64,000 bases of DNA. It comes from Octopus sinensis. Taxonomy: Eukaryota. Where the stretch lies: NCBI RefSeq assembly GCF_006345805.1, contig NC_043002.1:92318001-92382000 (forward strand), written 5' to 3'. This document shows, piece after piece, positions 12,771-26,584 of the stretch (positions are counted from its first letter, which is position 1; each line of letters starts with the position of its first letter). The notes beneath the pieces were generated by a model, which did no database searches, was not told the DNA's origin, and worked only from the letters and a program-made list of their open reading frames with translations. A program made the position numbers and the translations under genes.

Positions 12771-13430
12771 TTGCTAAATGCGCTTTGCTTTCGTTAATGT
12801 TTCTACAGATTTAATGCTGTTGATGCTGCTGATGCTGATGGTCATGAAGTTGACAATAGCGTTCTGGCTTATAGTATTTGTTTATGTTGTTGTTGTTGTT
12901 GTTGTTCCTGCTGTTGTTGTTTGACTCTAGGTCATCTCTGATTGAGCTTATCTAGGATCAAAAGCGTTTCATCCATGACTATCCCGTCATTTTTGTTTAT
13001 CTACGACTACATATCAACTCAGTCTTTTTTTTTTTCCTGATAAAAAAAAAACAAGGAACAATTTTTAAGGAAATTTGACTGCTATTTCTAGCAGGTAGAC
13101 TGACTGCTTAGAGTATTCCACCAAAAGTGATGTATTGATCTTTCGGTTCGCTCTGTGGTTGGTGTTGCTATGTAATATACCTTTGTTGTTGCTGCTGTTG
13201 CTGTTGCAGCTACTCCTGCCGCTGTTGTTGTTATTATTTTTTGTGATTATGTCTGGTAGTAATGAGTCTTGTTGTTGTTGTTGTTGTTGTCGCAGTTATA
13301 TTTATATTTAAAACTGCTCTCAGCCATATTGTTATTGTTGACTGCCTTACTGTCTGGGATATCTTGTTCTTGTAGTAATTGCAGTACTTGCTCTGTTTTC
13401 AATTGTCTTCACTTGTGGTTGTTTTTGTTA

Positions 13431-13488
<58 letters not shown>

Positions 13489-13740
13489 TGCTGTGTTTCC
13501 AGTAACTTCCATATTCCCATCACTCGTTACTTTATTCCTTAAGACTTATAAATTTCTTACAATCTTTTTTTCATTATCATTTTTGCAGTTCTTATTGTTA
13601 TTTAGTCATACTAACATATATATATATATATATATATATGCGCATTAAAAGCCGAAGAGCAACAAGCAAAGTATATTGTATCACTTTAGAGTAGTTGATT
13701 TATAATTTACATATAGTGCTGAATACTTATAGCAAATAGG

Positions 13741-13978
13741 TAAAGTCTCTCACAACTGTTTCTAGATTAGCTAAACATGTGGATCTTATTTTATTGCGTT
13801 ATGATTTCCGTGTTAGCTGACTATGTTAGCTGTCAATGAACTGATAACTAATAATATTCTGGATTAAGGATATTCCTTATTTCTTACTCTCCGAATATAT
13901 AGCTGACGTGGAAACCTTTACTCAATAATATAAGATCCACGTGCTTAATAATTCTAGAAACAGCTGTAAGATACTTTA
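13741..13978. mobile_element. MITE-like element with diverged ~55-bp TIRs
   Basis: 13741-13796 (CACAACTGTTTCTAGA..CATGTGGATCTTATTTTATTG) versus the reverse complement of 13923-13978. Confidence 0.65.
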
Positions 13979-14612
13979 GCTATTTATTATAACTACTCCG
14001 TACTATGTTTAAACCGGGGTAAATTACCCTAAACGGAGTAAAAATGAAATTCTTGGGGGAAATGAAGACTCACTAGGCTTACGTAAAATTACATAAAAAA
14101 CGTGTTCCTTGTTACAGGAGAAAATTTTCTTGCGGCAGCACTGCATCTGTCCAATGTAATGGACATCTAAATAGCTTCATATAAATATATTCAATAAAAT
14201 AGGCTCAATAAACCTTTTGAATTCAAAGAATCAATGATTTTCTTCCTTCCAAATCAAGGGGATAACGTCGGCGTAAATAATTACATTTTGAGAGAACTGG
14301 TTAAAAAAAGATACCATATGCTTTGCTGGTTCATTCTCTTTTTTCTTTTAAATATATATCTACCCGCTCAAGGATGAACCAGTTCTAGCCATCTTTTACA
14401 AGCAGCTTCAACACAACCTATTCTTAGTTATACTTCAAACCGGAGATTTACTGGTAAACCAAACTTAGCACTTATAGTACACACCTATTGGCAATGACGT
14501 GTAGGGACACCATATTTCACTATGCAAAATATAATATACTAGAAAGTATATAAAACGTTGTAACAAAATCACTGTTGGCAATAATTTCTATACAGAATCT
14601 GTAAAGCTAATA

Positions 14613-15610
14613 TTAACACCTGTAGAGGTAACCATAACACCTGCAGAGGTAACCTTAACACCTGTAGAGGTAACCTTAACACCAGTAGAAGTAACCTTAA
14701 CACCTGTAGAGGTAACCTTAACACCAGTAGAAGTAACCTTAACACCTGTAGAGGTAACCTTAACACCTGTAGAGGTAACCTTAACACCAGTAGAGGTAAC
14801 CTTAACACCTGTAGAAGTAACCGTAACACCTGTAGAGGTAACCTTAACACCTGTAGAGGTAACCTTAACACCTGTAGAGGTAACCTTAACACCAGTAGAG
14901 GTAACCTTAACACCAGTAGAAGTAACCTTAACACCAGTAGAGGTAACCTTAAAACCTGTAGAAGTAACCTTAACACCTGTAGAGGTAACCTTAACACCAG
15001 TAGAGGTAACCTTAACACCTATAGAGGTAACCTTAACACCAGTAGAAGTAACCTTAACACCAGTAGAGGTAACCTTAACACCTGTAGAAGTAACCTTAAC
15101 ACCTGCAGAGGTAACCTTAACACCTGTAGAGGTAACCTTAACACCAGTAGAGGTAGCCTTAACACCTGTAGAGGTAACCTTAAAACCTGTAGAGGTAACA
15201 TTAACACCCGTAGAGGTAACCTTAACACCAGTAGAGGTAACCTTAACACCTGTAGAGGTAACCTTAACACCTGTAGAGGTAACCTTAACACCAGTAGAAG
15301 TAACCTTAACACCAGTAGAGGTAACCTTAACACCTGTAGAAGTAACCTTAACACCTGTAGAGGTAACCTTAACACCAGTAGAGGTAACCTTAACACCTGT
15401 AGAGGTAACCTTAACACCAGTAGAGGTAACCTTAACATCTGTAGAGGTAACCTTAACACCTGTAGAGGTAACATTAACACATGTAGAGGTAACCTTAACA
15501 CCAGTAGAGGTAACCTTAACACCTGTAGAAGTAACCTTAACACCTGTAGAGGTAACCTTACCACCAGTAGAGGTAACCTTAACACCTGTAGAAGTAATCT
15601 TAACACCTGT
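14613..15610. repeat. 21-bp minisatellite, ~47.5 units (ACACCWGTAGARGTAACCTTA); possible coding repeat exon
   Basis: No indels. Open on + as (TPVEVTL)n, stop-to-stop 14535-15668, and on - as (VTSTGVK)n. The common variants are synonymous. Confidence 0.95.
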
Positions 15611-16411
15611 TATAGTATGCAAATTAGTAGCACCCAGTTCTCTGAAGCTACTGGATGTGTTGTCTATATAAACAGACTGACTCCTTATTTCTCTTGGTTT
15701 GGCCGAATGATGTAAACGTCTGTGATTAGAACCCAACACCATTTACTTTACTCCTTTCTGGCTAGGCATGTTACACCAAACTCATTTTAATATTGTTACT
15801 GCGGCTATTACTATACATACGTTATTCTAGAATATTACAGTCGTAGTTGATATTCCCCGTGTTGTTAGTTACTGTCCATTATCTGATGTCAACTTTTATA
15901 TTTATATTTAAAACTATTGAGATTAATGGTATCAGCTTACTTGGAATATAAACTAGATTAAACAATCGAAATGTCATCGACTGAATCAGCCATCACCTCA
16001 ACACTCCTGAATCCTCTAGAATTATTTATTAAAAACAAACCATTAACTTCGACTGAAACAATCCAATTCTTCAATCAACCAATTAGTAAAGCAATCAAAC
16101 AATGAAATAATTGCCACACTTCAATTTGGCAGAACAAAAAGAAAATTTTCGTTGACGTAGCGATCTATTTATTTTACTTTTGTTTCATATATTCCTTTAC
16201 ACAATCAGACCGCTTCTGGGTACTGTGCAATTTCTCATCCGCTTTTCTCGGCCAGGATTCTGATAAACCGCCCGACTAAACTACTATCCTGATTAAACAT
16301 GAATCATCGAGAGAGCATCCACAACGGTATGAAGAGACTTACTACGTATAGCAGTTAAGTATTTTTCTTACTTTAAAAACTGGTGCGTTTAATAATGTAA
16401 TCGTAGATATA

Positions 16412-16815
16412 TAGGCGCAGGAGTGGCTGTTTGGTAAGTAGCTTGCTAACCAACCACATGGTTCCGGGTTCAGTCCCACTGCGTGGCATCTTGGGCAAGT
16501 GTCTTCTGCTATAGCCCCGGGCCGACCAATGCCTTGTGAGTGGATTTGGTAGACGGAAACTGAAAGAAGCCTGTCGTATATATGTATATATATATATATA
16601 AGTGTGTGTGAATATGTTTGTGTGTCTGTGTTTGTTCCCCTAGCATTGCTTGACAACCGATGCTGGTGTGTTTACGTCCCCGTCACTTAGCGGTTCGGCA
16701 AAAGAGACCGATAGTATAAGTACTGGGATTACAAAGAATAAGTCCCGGGGTCGATTTGCTCGACTAAAGGCGGTGCTCCAGCATGGCCGCAGTCAAATGA
16801 CTGAAACAAGTAAAA
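16412..16815 (+). mobile_element. Full-length tRNA-derived SINE family B with an internal (TA)/(TG) microsatellite
   Basis: GGCGCAGGAGTGGCTG...GGTTCAGTCCC head and CAGCATGGCCGCAGTCAAATGACTGAAACAAGTAAAA tail. Other copies at ~697, 4330, 5910, 6915(-), 9760, 10168, 11370, 18590(-), 21085, 21964, 26820(-), 34640, 49610, 56860 and 61120. Confidence 0.88.
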
Positions 16816-17087
16816 AGAGGGTAAAAAGAGTATACGTGTAAGTTGGTTTGGTCATTCCTGGTCAAAAGACTACATTTTGCTTAGAACAAGAGTTAAACAA
16901 CTATAATAAAAGTAATAACAACAACAGCTTCGATTAAACTAATTGTTCCTGTAACACTATATACGCCATATTTCTATTTGTTCTGACATCTAACGTAGAT
17001 TTATGTCTGTTTTCATTTCAATAAGTGAGATAGATAAGATTGATAGATGAGATGGACACGGCTAATGTTCTTCTTTAAAAGGTGAAA

Positions 17088-17290
17088 GATGACAACCGCA
17101 GGAAGTAAATTTCTTCTGGATCACGTTCTGCGGAAGAAAGGACTTGAGAAAAATCAAGCCTGTGTGGGTGAACACAACACGGTAGCCGAAAAGACAATGA
17201 AATAAGTAAGTCAGCTGGCACAAAATAAGCTTCATCTGAGTAACTGTGGGCTCTCTATCAGGAGTAAAGGGAGAAGAATAAGAAGACACG
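17088..17290 (+). mobile_element. Degenerate RTE-like LINE C-terminal remnant
   Basis: SKFLLDHVLRKKGLEK resembles the RTE C-terminal motif (F/Y)LGHxxR..xLEK; degraded downstream. Confidence 0.4.
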
Positions 17291-20200
17291 CTTACTTAGA
17301 ACATATGGCTTCCATTCTAAAAGCAACTGGGAGTTCATTGAGGACTGCCACAGGAAGGAGGTTGAAATGTTCTTCAGAATTTGAGTTGGTAGTTCATTGA
17401 AGACTGTCAAAATCAAAAGTTAAGAGAGGTTATGTGGGCGTTAACAATTTATTGAGGTTTGCCACTAGAAGATCGAGAATTTTTGCTGAAGCTGGAAATG
17501 TAGTGGGGCTGCTACAATGACGAGATTGATAGGTTATCCAGAAGCTAGGAGTTTATTGCGGGCTGCAACAATGAGAAGCTCAAGTAATTACACACAGAAG
17601 CTTATGTGTCTCATTTTGTTGTTGAAATTTGTTTTTTAGGAAACCATCATTTCACATTTGCTCACGAAACACCTTACGAGTTTCCAGCGCAGAGTTTTAA
17701 ATCCAATATTCTACAAAACTCTCTACGAGCTTCTTGTGATATGATCACCCATAATTACTAGAAAATCTGAAAGTCATCCAGGAGATACGCACAACAGCTG
17801 AAACCAGCTCAAGATGGCTGTGGTTGATAAGAGATGGCAAGTGGCACCCTTCTGCAAGAGTGAAATGTTTGTGACCCTAAGATATCCGCTGTCAACACGG
17901 AATGGCTTTCAACATTGCGATGGATTTAGAAGACCTCCCAAAAGCTCTGAGTAGTTCCTACAGTTTCTGCCTGGAGCAAAGAGCATCTGCAGTGTTATTT
18001 TTCCATCTAAGTGTTATGAATTTGTTCTATGAATAGGTTTGAAGCTGGTTTTTTTTTAAAGGAACGCAATATAACCAACGGGAAATGACGGTTCCATAAT
18101 ATATAGCTGTTTACCAACACGTTTTGCTATGGCTGTTGATATTTCGACTAAAACCATCTTCATGAATATTTTCAGTTATTACATAGAATGTGTTTGTCAT
18201 GCTGATTAATGATCAAAACTCAAAACGGAGTTAAACCAATCCCAGTTACAACAGAATTTAAATCATTAATCTTAATAACTTTTTCTTATTTCCAGCACAA
18301 TGACGAACGGAGCACATAATTCGTCCCATCATTGTCTCCAGAGTTCATCACCTGTTGTGTTATCACGACGACAAAAATCTCCTTCAAACATTAGAAGTCC
18401 TTAGAGTTGGTTCAAGATTTTGTAGTTTTCTTCTCATAAACAAAAAAAAAAAAAAAAACGTCGTCTTTGGAGCATCAATAATTATTGATTTCAAACATGG
18501 TACTTATTTTTTCGATGCCGAAAGGATGAAAGGTGAACTCGATCTCGGCGATATTTGAGCTCAGAAAGGTGGTGAGCTCTTTTACACTTTTATTCTTTTA
18601 CTTGTTTCAGTCATCTGACTGTGGCCATGCTGGAGCACTACCTTTAGTCGAGCAAATCGACCCCAGGGCTTATTCTTTGTAAGCCTACTACTTATTCTAT
18701 CGGTCTCTTTTGTCGAACCGCTAGGTTACGGTGACATAAACACACCAGCATCGGTTATCAAGCGATGTAGGGGGGGGGACAAACACAGACACACAAACAC
18801 ACACATACATATATATACATATACTCGACGGGCTTCTTTCTGTCTCCGTCTACCAAATCCACTCACAAGGCTTTGGGAAGCCTGAAGCTATAGTAGAAGA
18901 CACTTGCCCAAAGTGCTACGTAGTGGGACTGAACCCGGAACCTTGTGGTTCGTAAGAAAGCTACTTACCACACAGCCACTCCTACGCCTGATCAGTAAAA
19001 CATGATCAAGCGTAGGAGTGGCAAAAACGTTAGCATGCCGGGCGAAATTTTCCAGACCGAACATTTTACTAACAGTCGTATTAAAGGAAGCGTTAAGGCA
19101 GCGTACTGGGAGAATCGTTAGCAGGTCGGACAAAATGCTTAACGTCATTTCTTCCGACTCTCTACATTCTGAGTTCAAATACAGCTGAAACAACTTGAAA
19201 ATCTGGATAGACTTCACCTTCATTAGCTTCTAGTTTCGAGGTAGATTGAGCTTCATCATTTTTATGAAATGTGCTACAATCTACCTAATAGTATGAAATA
19301 CTGGGACGGAGATCTGTCAGACCTGTTACCGCGCCAGGCAAAATGTTTGGCGGCATTTTTCGTTTGTCTTTACGTTCTGAGTTCAAATTCCGCCGAGGTA
19401 GACTTTGCCTTTCATCCTTTCGGGGTCGATAAATTAAGTACCAGTTGCGTACTGGGTTCGATATAATCGACCGGCCCCCTCCCCCAAAATTTAGGGCCTT
19501 GTGCCTAGAGTAGAATAGGATATGTTTTATAGCGCATAGGACAAAAGGATTTGCAACATTTCGACTGGCTGTACGTTCTGAGTTCAAATTCTACCGTGAT
19601 CCGCTATGCCTTTTATACCCTCACCCGAACTAGCTGGCATTGTGCCAAAATTTGAAACCAATACGTGTTATAGGTTATAGTCCAGATTAACCCCACCTTG
19701 TTTCATTTTATTTGGTTGTCACTCTGTTTCAAACTGCAATAATGGCATTTTGAAGTCCTCTACATCTAGATTGCAGCTATTTCAGAGATGCAGATATTAT
19801 CAAATGCTAAGAAATTGGTGGAATGCAGTCTTTTATTATTTATTCGTATATGCAGAAAGTACAGTGCTTAAATCCTTTGGGAAACATCTATCGTGGATTT
19901 AGTAAGAAGACAAAACTACTTAACTGTGACATTGTGCTGACAAAGCAATCTATTTGGTTGGAAATCTACACAGAATTAGTTTCAAGGTGAATGCTTTAGA
20001 CTACAAGGATAAAGTTGTGAGGCACAATACTTCATATAATATTGGTTTCAAATTTTGGTACAAGTTGGGTGGGGTTGGAAGGTTAAGTCGATGTGATCGA
20101 CCCCAGTGCTCTACTGGTACTTATTTTATCGACACCGAAAGGATGAAGGGCAAAGTCGATCTCGGCGGAATTTGAACTCAGAACGTAAAGACGGACAAAA

Positions 20201-20714
20201 TGTCGCCATCCATTTTGCCTAGCGCGGTAACAATTCTGCCTGGTCGCCAACGCAGTATTTCATATGATACTAGTTAGATTGTAGCACATTTTCTAAAAAT
20301 GATGAAGCTCAATCTACGTCGAGCCTAGAAGCTAATGAACTTGAAGCCTATCCAGCTGTATTTGAACTCAGAACGTATAGAGTCGGAAGAAATGACGTTA
20401 AGCATTTTGTCCGACGTGCTAACGATCTCGCAGCACGCTGCCATAATGCGACTGTTAATAAGATGTTCGGTCTGGAAAATTTTGAAAGAAAAGGTATAGA
20501 AAGTATAAAGAAAAAGCATTCATATTTCAATAATATACTCAAATTTGTAACAATTTGTCATAATTGAATGCACTGACTGCAAAGTAATTGATTTGAAGTA
20601 TAATTATAAATTGATTACTATGGTAAATTATGACTTCGTTAGAAACATTGGATAGAAAATTTCGGCAAAACGTTTCTACATAGTAATCTTGTCAGCGAGA
20701 CAATTAAGGTTAAT

Positions 20715-20860
20715 ACGAAGACATTGCCGGTTTGACAGCTCCAGTTAGATGAGGTCATAGATTACAGGATATATAATAAACAGCCAAACGGTCAATTGTT
20801 TGTGTCCTGCAACCCACGTTGCTCTGTATCCGTGGCCAAGACATTTAACTTTCAAACACC
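20715..20860 (+). mobile_element. Possible Helitron (Pif1-like) helicase C-terminal remnant
   Basis: KTLPV*QLQLDE...NGQLFVSC resembles QGQTL..GL.L....FSHGQLYV.CSR. Confidence 0.3.
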
Positions 20861-21268
20861 AACTTCACTTAGCTGCAAGTACTGTGTATTCCACAAGGTC
20901 ATCTGCGTCTTCACCGTAGCTCCTTTTATGAAAGAAAACCTACAAACAAGTTAGATAGAGAAAAGCATGACAGGGACAGGAAGTTGTGTTTGATAGGTAA
21001 ATAATTGAAGGTGTTTCGCCAATGGATAACTGAATGAATGAATGGATGAATGAATGGCATGGTTAACATACACGGAAACTGACAAAAGACACTGGCGTAG
21101 CTGTGTTGTAAGAAGCGTCCTTACCAACCACAAGGTTTTGGGATCAGTCCCACTGCATGGCACCTCGGCCAAGTGTTTTCTACTCGAAAAAAGCTTTGTG
21201 ATTTGGTAGACGGAAACTGACAGAAGCTCGCGGTATATATACATATGCGAGAGTGTGGTGTGTGTGTG

Positions 21269-21337
<69 letters not shown>

Positions 21338-22641
21338 CGTGTGTATTTGTCACCACTACTGCTTGGCAACTGGCGATGACTTGTTTACGTCTCCATAACT
21401 TAGCAGTTCGGCAAAAAAGAGACCGGTCGAATAAGTACCAGGCTTTAAAAAAAAATGAGTACTGGGGTCGATTCACTCGACTTAAATTTCTTCAAGGCGG
21501 TGCTCCAGCATGGCCACATTCTAATGAGTGAATCCGATAAAAAATAAATGAGAAAAGATGGCGGATCTAGCAGAAACGGCAAGAATTGTTTTGTTTTACA
21601 TTGAAGCATGTTTAGATCGCTTGCGCAACTGGTACTTATTTAATCGACCCCGAAAGGATGAAAAGCAAAGTCGACCTCGGCAGAATTTGAACTCAGAATG
21701 TAACGGTAGACAAAATACCTATTTCTTTACTACCCACAAGGGGCCAAACACAGAGAGGACAAAGAAGGACAGACAAAAGGATTAAGTAGATTATATCTTA
21801 ATTTATCGACCCCGAAATGATGAAAGGCAAAGTCGACCTCGGCGGAATTTGAACTAAGTACAGCAGACGAAATATCGCTAAGCATTTGACCCAGCGTGTT
21901 AACGTTTCTGCCACCTCACCGCCTTCTTTCTAACGACTAATTATCCAGCATCTCTAGCCGCATAGGCGCAGGAGTGGCTGTGTGGTAAGTAGCTTGCTTA
22001 CCAACCACATGGTTCTGGGTAAGTGTCTTTTATTATAGCTTCGGGCCGACCAAAGCCTTCTGAATGGATTTGGTAGACGGAAACTGAAAGAAGCCCGTCG
22101 TATATATGTCTCTATATATACATGTATGTGTGTATATATGTTTGTGGGTCTGTGTTTGTCCCCCCAACATTGCCTGACAACCGATGCAAAAGAGTCGGCA
22201 AAAGAGTCTGATACAATAAGTACTGGGCTTAAAAAGAATAAGCCCTGGGTCGATTTGCTCGACAAGTAAAAGAGAGAGTAAAAGAGAGCCTTTTGGCTCT
22301 CATTAAAATACAAGAATCAATGTACAAGAATCAATTAACAATCATGTAACCGATATACTCCCACTCTTGAAAAATTGAACCTTCCTATCTCGTCACACTG
22401 TATCAGTATGCAGATTAGACCGTAAAGGTTAACCTCTGATATAATTAGTCTACAAGAGGGTTTCAATTCCCTATTGTAGTCAGTTTACATTATTTCCATT
22501 GCTAATGTCCTTGGGAGTATTATGAGTATTTCACAGTGTCATATATATTCAGTATATATTTGTGTACATATTTTTCATCTAGCAATAAGCACGCTTCATA
22601 TTCACCTTATTTGCCAGGGTATCGCCTCTACGCAACCTATA

Positions 22642-22684
<43 letters not shown>

Positions 22685-22988
22685 ACGTATGATAAATCGA
22701 TATTTAGTCGTAGTATCTGCCAAGAATGATAGACTTGAAGTCCTTAGAGACCTGAGATCGCCACATGGTTTCACTTCAGTAAAAATTATTTATGTTGCTA
22801 TCGTGTTTTAAAATGGAAACAAACAGCAATCTTCCCCTTCAAAAACATTATTTCCTTTTTCTACTTCAATGATTTTGATGGGATGTAAGTGATGGAAAAC
22901 TGGGAGAAAAATTTTATAAGAACATCGACCGCATTTAGTTTTTTTCTATGTTTCTATGTTCAAATCACAAATTTGTGTTGCTTTTATA

Positions 22989-23389
22989 TCTTTATATATA
23001 AAAGTCAAGTTGTGTGTCTGTCTCCTACGATTTAGATACCTAACTACTCCCACATTTTGCGGTGCAGTGTAACCAAAAGCGGGTATCTTATAGTCGTGAT
23101 TCATATCGAGCCCTTCTGGGTATTAGCGCGCGTCTACGGTGAGTCTACGATTTAAAAAAAAAATTCAACATAATTTTTCCGCATTTTTAATGCATTTTCG
23201 CTCGGTTTATATAAGGGAAGTAACTCTCCAAAACTGTATTATTAAATCTCAGAACGTAAAAAGCTACAGTAACACCCCCCCCCCTTTGTGGTTAACCATA
23301 TTGAGATGGCTATTATACTTTACATCTCTAAAAATGCGTATATAGTTATTTCCCTTACAAACCCGAGCAACGCCGGGCGATACTGCTAG
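22989..23389 (+). mobile_element. Non-autonomous Helitron
   Basis: A|TC start, 3' hairpin CCCGAGCAACGCCGGG, and CTAG|T end. Confidence 0.88.
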
Positions 23390-23526
23390 TTTTTAATAAA
23401 AACAATATTCAAATGAAACTCTAATCAAAATAGTCTCAACTTACAATTAATTATACAACCCGTTTTACAACCCAGAAAAGTATAGTCACAAATTACATTT
23501 ATACACTCACCTTGCGTTTATGCAGT

Positions 23527-23743
23527 CAGTGGGTGCTGTAAAGGTCCTGGCTTTAAGGGTAACGCAGATGACTGTTTGGAGGCCCAAACTTCCGAATTCG
23601 TTTACAGGGCTTAGTAAAACTGAAGGATCGCTGCAATAAGTGTGTGAATCTGAGAAGTGAACATGTTGAGTAAAATCATGATAAACTGATCCTCCTGTAT
23701 TTTCTTTTACCCAAAGCCAAGAACTTTTCTGCACCTCCTCGTA
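23527..23743 (+). mobile_element. Mariner-derived MITE / deletion derivative
   Basis: TIR GGTGCTGTAAAGGTCCTGGCTTT / AAAGCCAAGAACTTTTCTGCACC; internal GLVKLKDRCNKCVNLRSEHVE* matches the mariner C-terminus. Confidence 0.75.
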
Positions 23744-25539
23744 TGTAATTATAATAAATAATATATAATTCACAATTATATATGTTACCATCTTACAACC
23801 CAAACATCGCAATTAATTATAATCAAATTATACAATTATGCAGTCTCCCCTTACGTATAACTTTTCAAACATATTATCATCATACATCGTTTTTGTATGT
23901 GTTTTGGAAGATTCTTTATGTGAATTCGTGTGTTGAAACAAATTTTGCTATGTCCAGGGAGAGACATTATGCCAATATTATTAACACACGCACTGGTTCA
24001 ATTCCCCTTCTTTTACTATTAGTCAATTGGTTACATGTCCAGTTAACTAATCGATTGTTTGTTCAACTTGGTTAAACAATAAGTCATTGAAAAGGTTGCA
24101 AGTGGCAACGAAAGAGCTTCGATAAACAAAAACAAAACAAATGTCTTACTGTTTAACCAAATTAAACAAATAATCAATTAGATTGTTGGATGTTTAAGCA
24201 ATTGACAAATAATAAAGGAGTGAAATTGAACCAGCGCGTGTGTTAATAATATTGGCATATTTATTCTCCCTAGTCATAATACATTTATACAGTCACCTTA
24301 TTATCATAAAGACACCTTACAATCATAATGTTACATCTTACTATCATAGTCATCTAACGATTATACTGTAACACCTTAAAAACCACAATCTTATTTAAAT
24401 CTATACATTCATCTTAGAATTATATAAATACACTGTTATACAGATACCTTACAGTTATACAATTATTTTACAGTAATAAAGTTACACATTACAATTGTAA
24501 GTTCACCTTGCAGTAATACAGTCAACTTACAATTGTAGAGTTACACATTACAATTATGCAATCATACCAAATAATTGTGCAATTATGTCTTAAAATTCTA
24601 CCATAGACTTGCAATTATGCAGTTAAAATTCACAGTAATGCAGTTATACCTTGCAATTATACTGTCATAATTTATAAATATACAACTATACAATAATCTT
24701 CTACGTAAAAAATTGCACTTTAAAATTACACGATCAATAATTATAATTATACAAACAACTAGAAAATGCAAAATTGCAACTTAGAGTTATACTGTCACAG
24801 TTTATAAATATACCGCCGCGCTTCACAATTATACGGCCATGTTGCAATTATATTGTCACAAATTATAAATTATGTAGTCACGTTACAGAGATAAGGCTGC
24901 ACATTATACTTCACAATCGTATTGCAATTATAGTCATAACTTACAAATATACAGACACACCTTACAATTATCTTGCGATTCCTAGTCACATGATACAATT
25001 ATACAATCACATCTTACAATAGTAGTCACGCATTGTAATTAGAAGTCAAGACTTAAAATTATACTATCACACCTTATAAATATATAATGGCTTCAAATTT
25101 TGCTACAAAGGCAGCCATTTTGGGGAAAGGAATGATTCGATTACATTGATCCTAGTGTTTCCCTGGTACTTAATTTATCGATCCCGAAAGGACAAAAGGC
25201 AAAGTCGACCTCAACGGATTTTGATTTCAGAACGTAGCGGCAGACTAAATACCTATTTCTTTACTACCCACAAGGGGCTAAATACAGACAGGACAAACAA
25301 GGACAGACAAACGGATTAAGTCGATTATATCGACCCCCCAGTGCGTAACTGGTACTTATTTAATCGACACCGAAAGGATGAAAGGCAAAGTCGACCTCGG
25401 CGGAATTTGAACTCAGAACGGCTATGCATTTCGGCCGCCGTGCTAATGTTTCTGCCAGCTCGCCGTCTTCATATAAATATATAATGGCAATATATGATAT
25501 GTAATTATAGTATATAATATATGATTATAATATATAATA

Positions 25540-25855
25540 TGGTTAGAGTATCCGTGGTTAGAGCATCAGGCTTATAATCATTAGGTTGTGAGTTCGATTC
25601 TCGGATTGGGCTGTGTGTTGTGTTCTTAAGCAACACATTATTTCATTCAGCTGTAGAAGAGAGTTGCAACGTCACTGGTGCCAAGCTGTATCAGCCTTCG
25701 CCTTTCCCTCGGACAACGTTGGTGGCGAGGAGAGAGAAGGCTGGTATGTATGGGCGACTGCTGGTCTTCACAAACAACCTTGTCTGGATTATAACTTTCT
25801 AGGGGAGCATTTTAGGTGCAATGCCATGGTCATTCGTGACTGAAGAAGGTCTTTT
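25540..25855 (+). mobile_element. tRNA-derived SINE family E (also 53095-53395 +, head at 56590-56735 -)
   Basis: GTGGTTAGAGC A-box-like and GAGTTCGATTC B-box-like head, with a shared body ending GCAATCCCATGGTCAT..GACCGAAG. Confidence 0.75.
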
Positions 25856-26013
25856 ATATATATAATTCACAATTATACGGTCACCAAAATATTTTACTGC
25901 AACGCTTTACAATTATACAGTCAAATCTTATATTTATGCAGTCATCTTGTAATAAAATAGTCGCAACTTTTTCTCATGCTGGCACACGATATGCAGTCAC
26001 CTTGTACACCATA

Positions 26014-26584
26014 TAATGGATTGTCCGGAAAGTTTGTGCCGATTTTTAAAGGAAAGAAAAAGGGTCAATAAATACTTGCCATTACATTTTTAATCAACTA
26101 AATATGAACTATTTTGTTGCACAATGCGTCTCCATTTTTCCTTTAACTTGAAAAGACCCTCTTCCCAGAATTCAGGTGGTTTCATGGTAAAGAATTCGTC
26201 AAGGTATCTTTTTACGTCATCCAAGGAATTTAAATTTTTACCATTAAGACTATTCTGCAGAGACCTGAATAAGTGGAAATCCGAAGGAGCAATATCTGGT
26301 GAATATGGAGGGTGGGGTAACACATACCAGCCGAGCTGCAGCAATTTTTGTCTGGTTCACAACGCATCAAGTGCCGAAAATGAACTTTCTTATCTTCCAT
26401 TTTAAAGGGTTACAGAATTAACACAGGTTATAGGAACATAAATTTTCTTCCGCGAAAAGATAGCTTAAACTGTGCTCTAAATGGAGGTGTAGTCAAATCC
26501 TATTTTATGGACTCAAACATGTTCTAAAATAAATCGAAAGCTAAGCTACTATAAATCGGCATGAACTTTCCGGACAACCCAATA
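26014..26584 (-). mobile_element. Mariner (DD34D) deletion derivative
   Basis: TIR TA-TTGGGTTGTCCGGAAAGTTCATGCCGATTT at both ends; ORF 26090-26344 contains HPPYSPDIAPSDFHLF. Confidence 0.93.

Noticed and set aside
14569-15606. (LRLPLQV)n ORFs in the track
   Set aside because: The common variants are non-synonymous in this frame and it is broken by a stop; it is a by-product of the repeat.
14613-15610. CRISPR-like regular array
   Set aside because: Contiguous 21-bp units with no unique spacers, no cas genes, and a eukaryotic context.
23500-23530. Perfect minus-strand donor AAG|GTGAGT
   Set aside because: The upstream sequence is a mariner MITE within ~20 bp, so there is no plausible exon.
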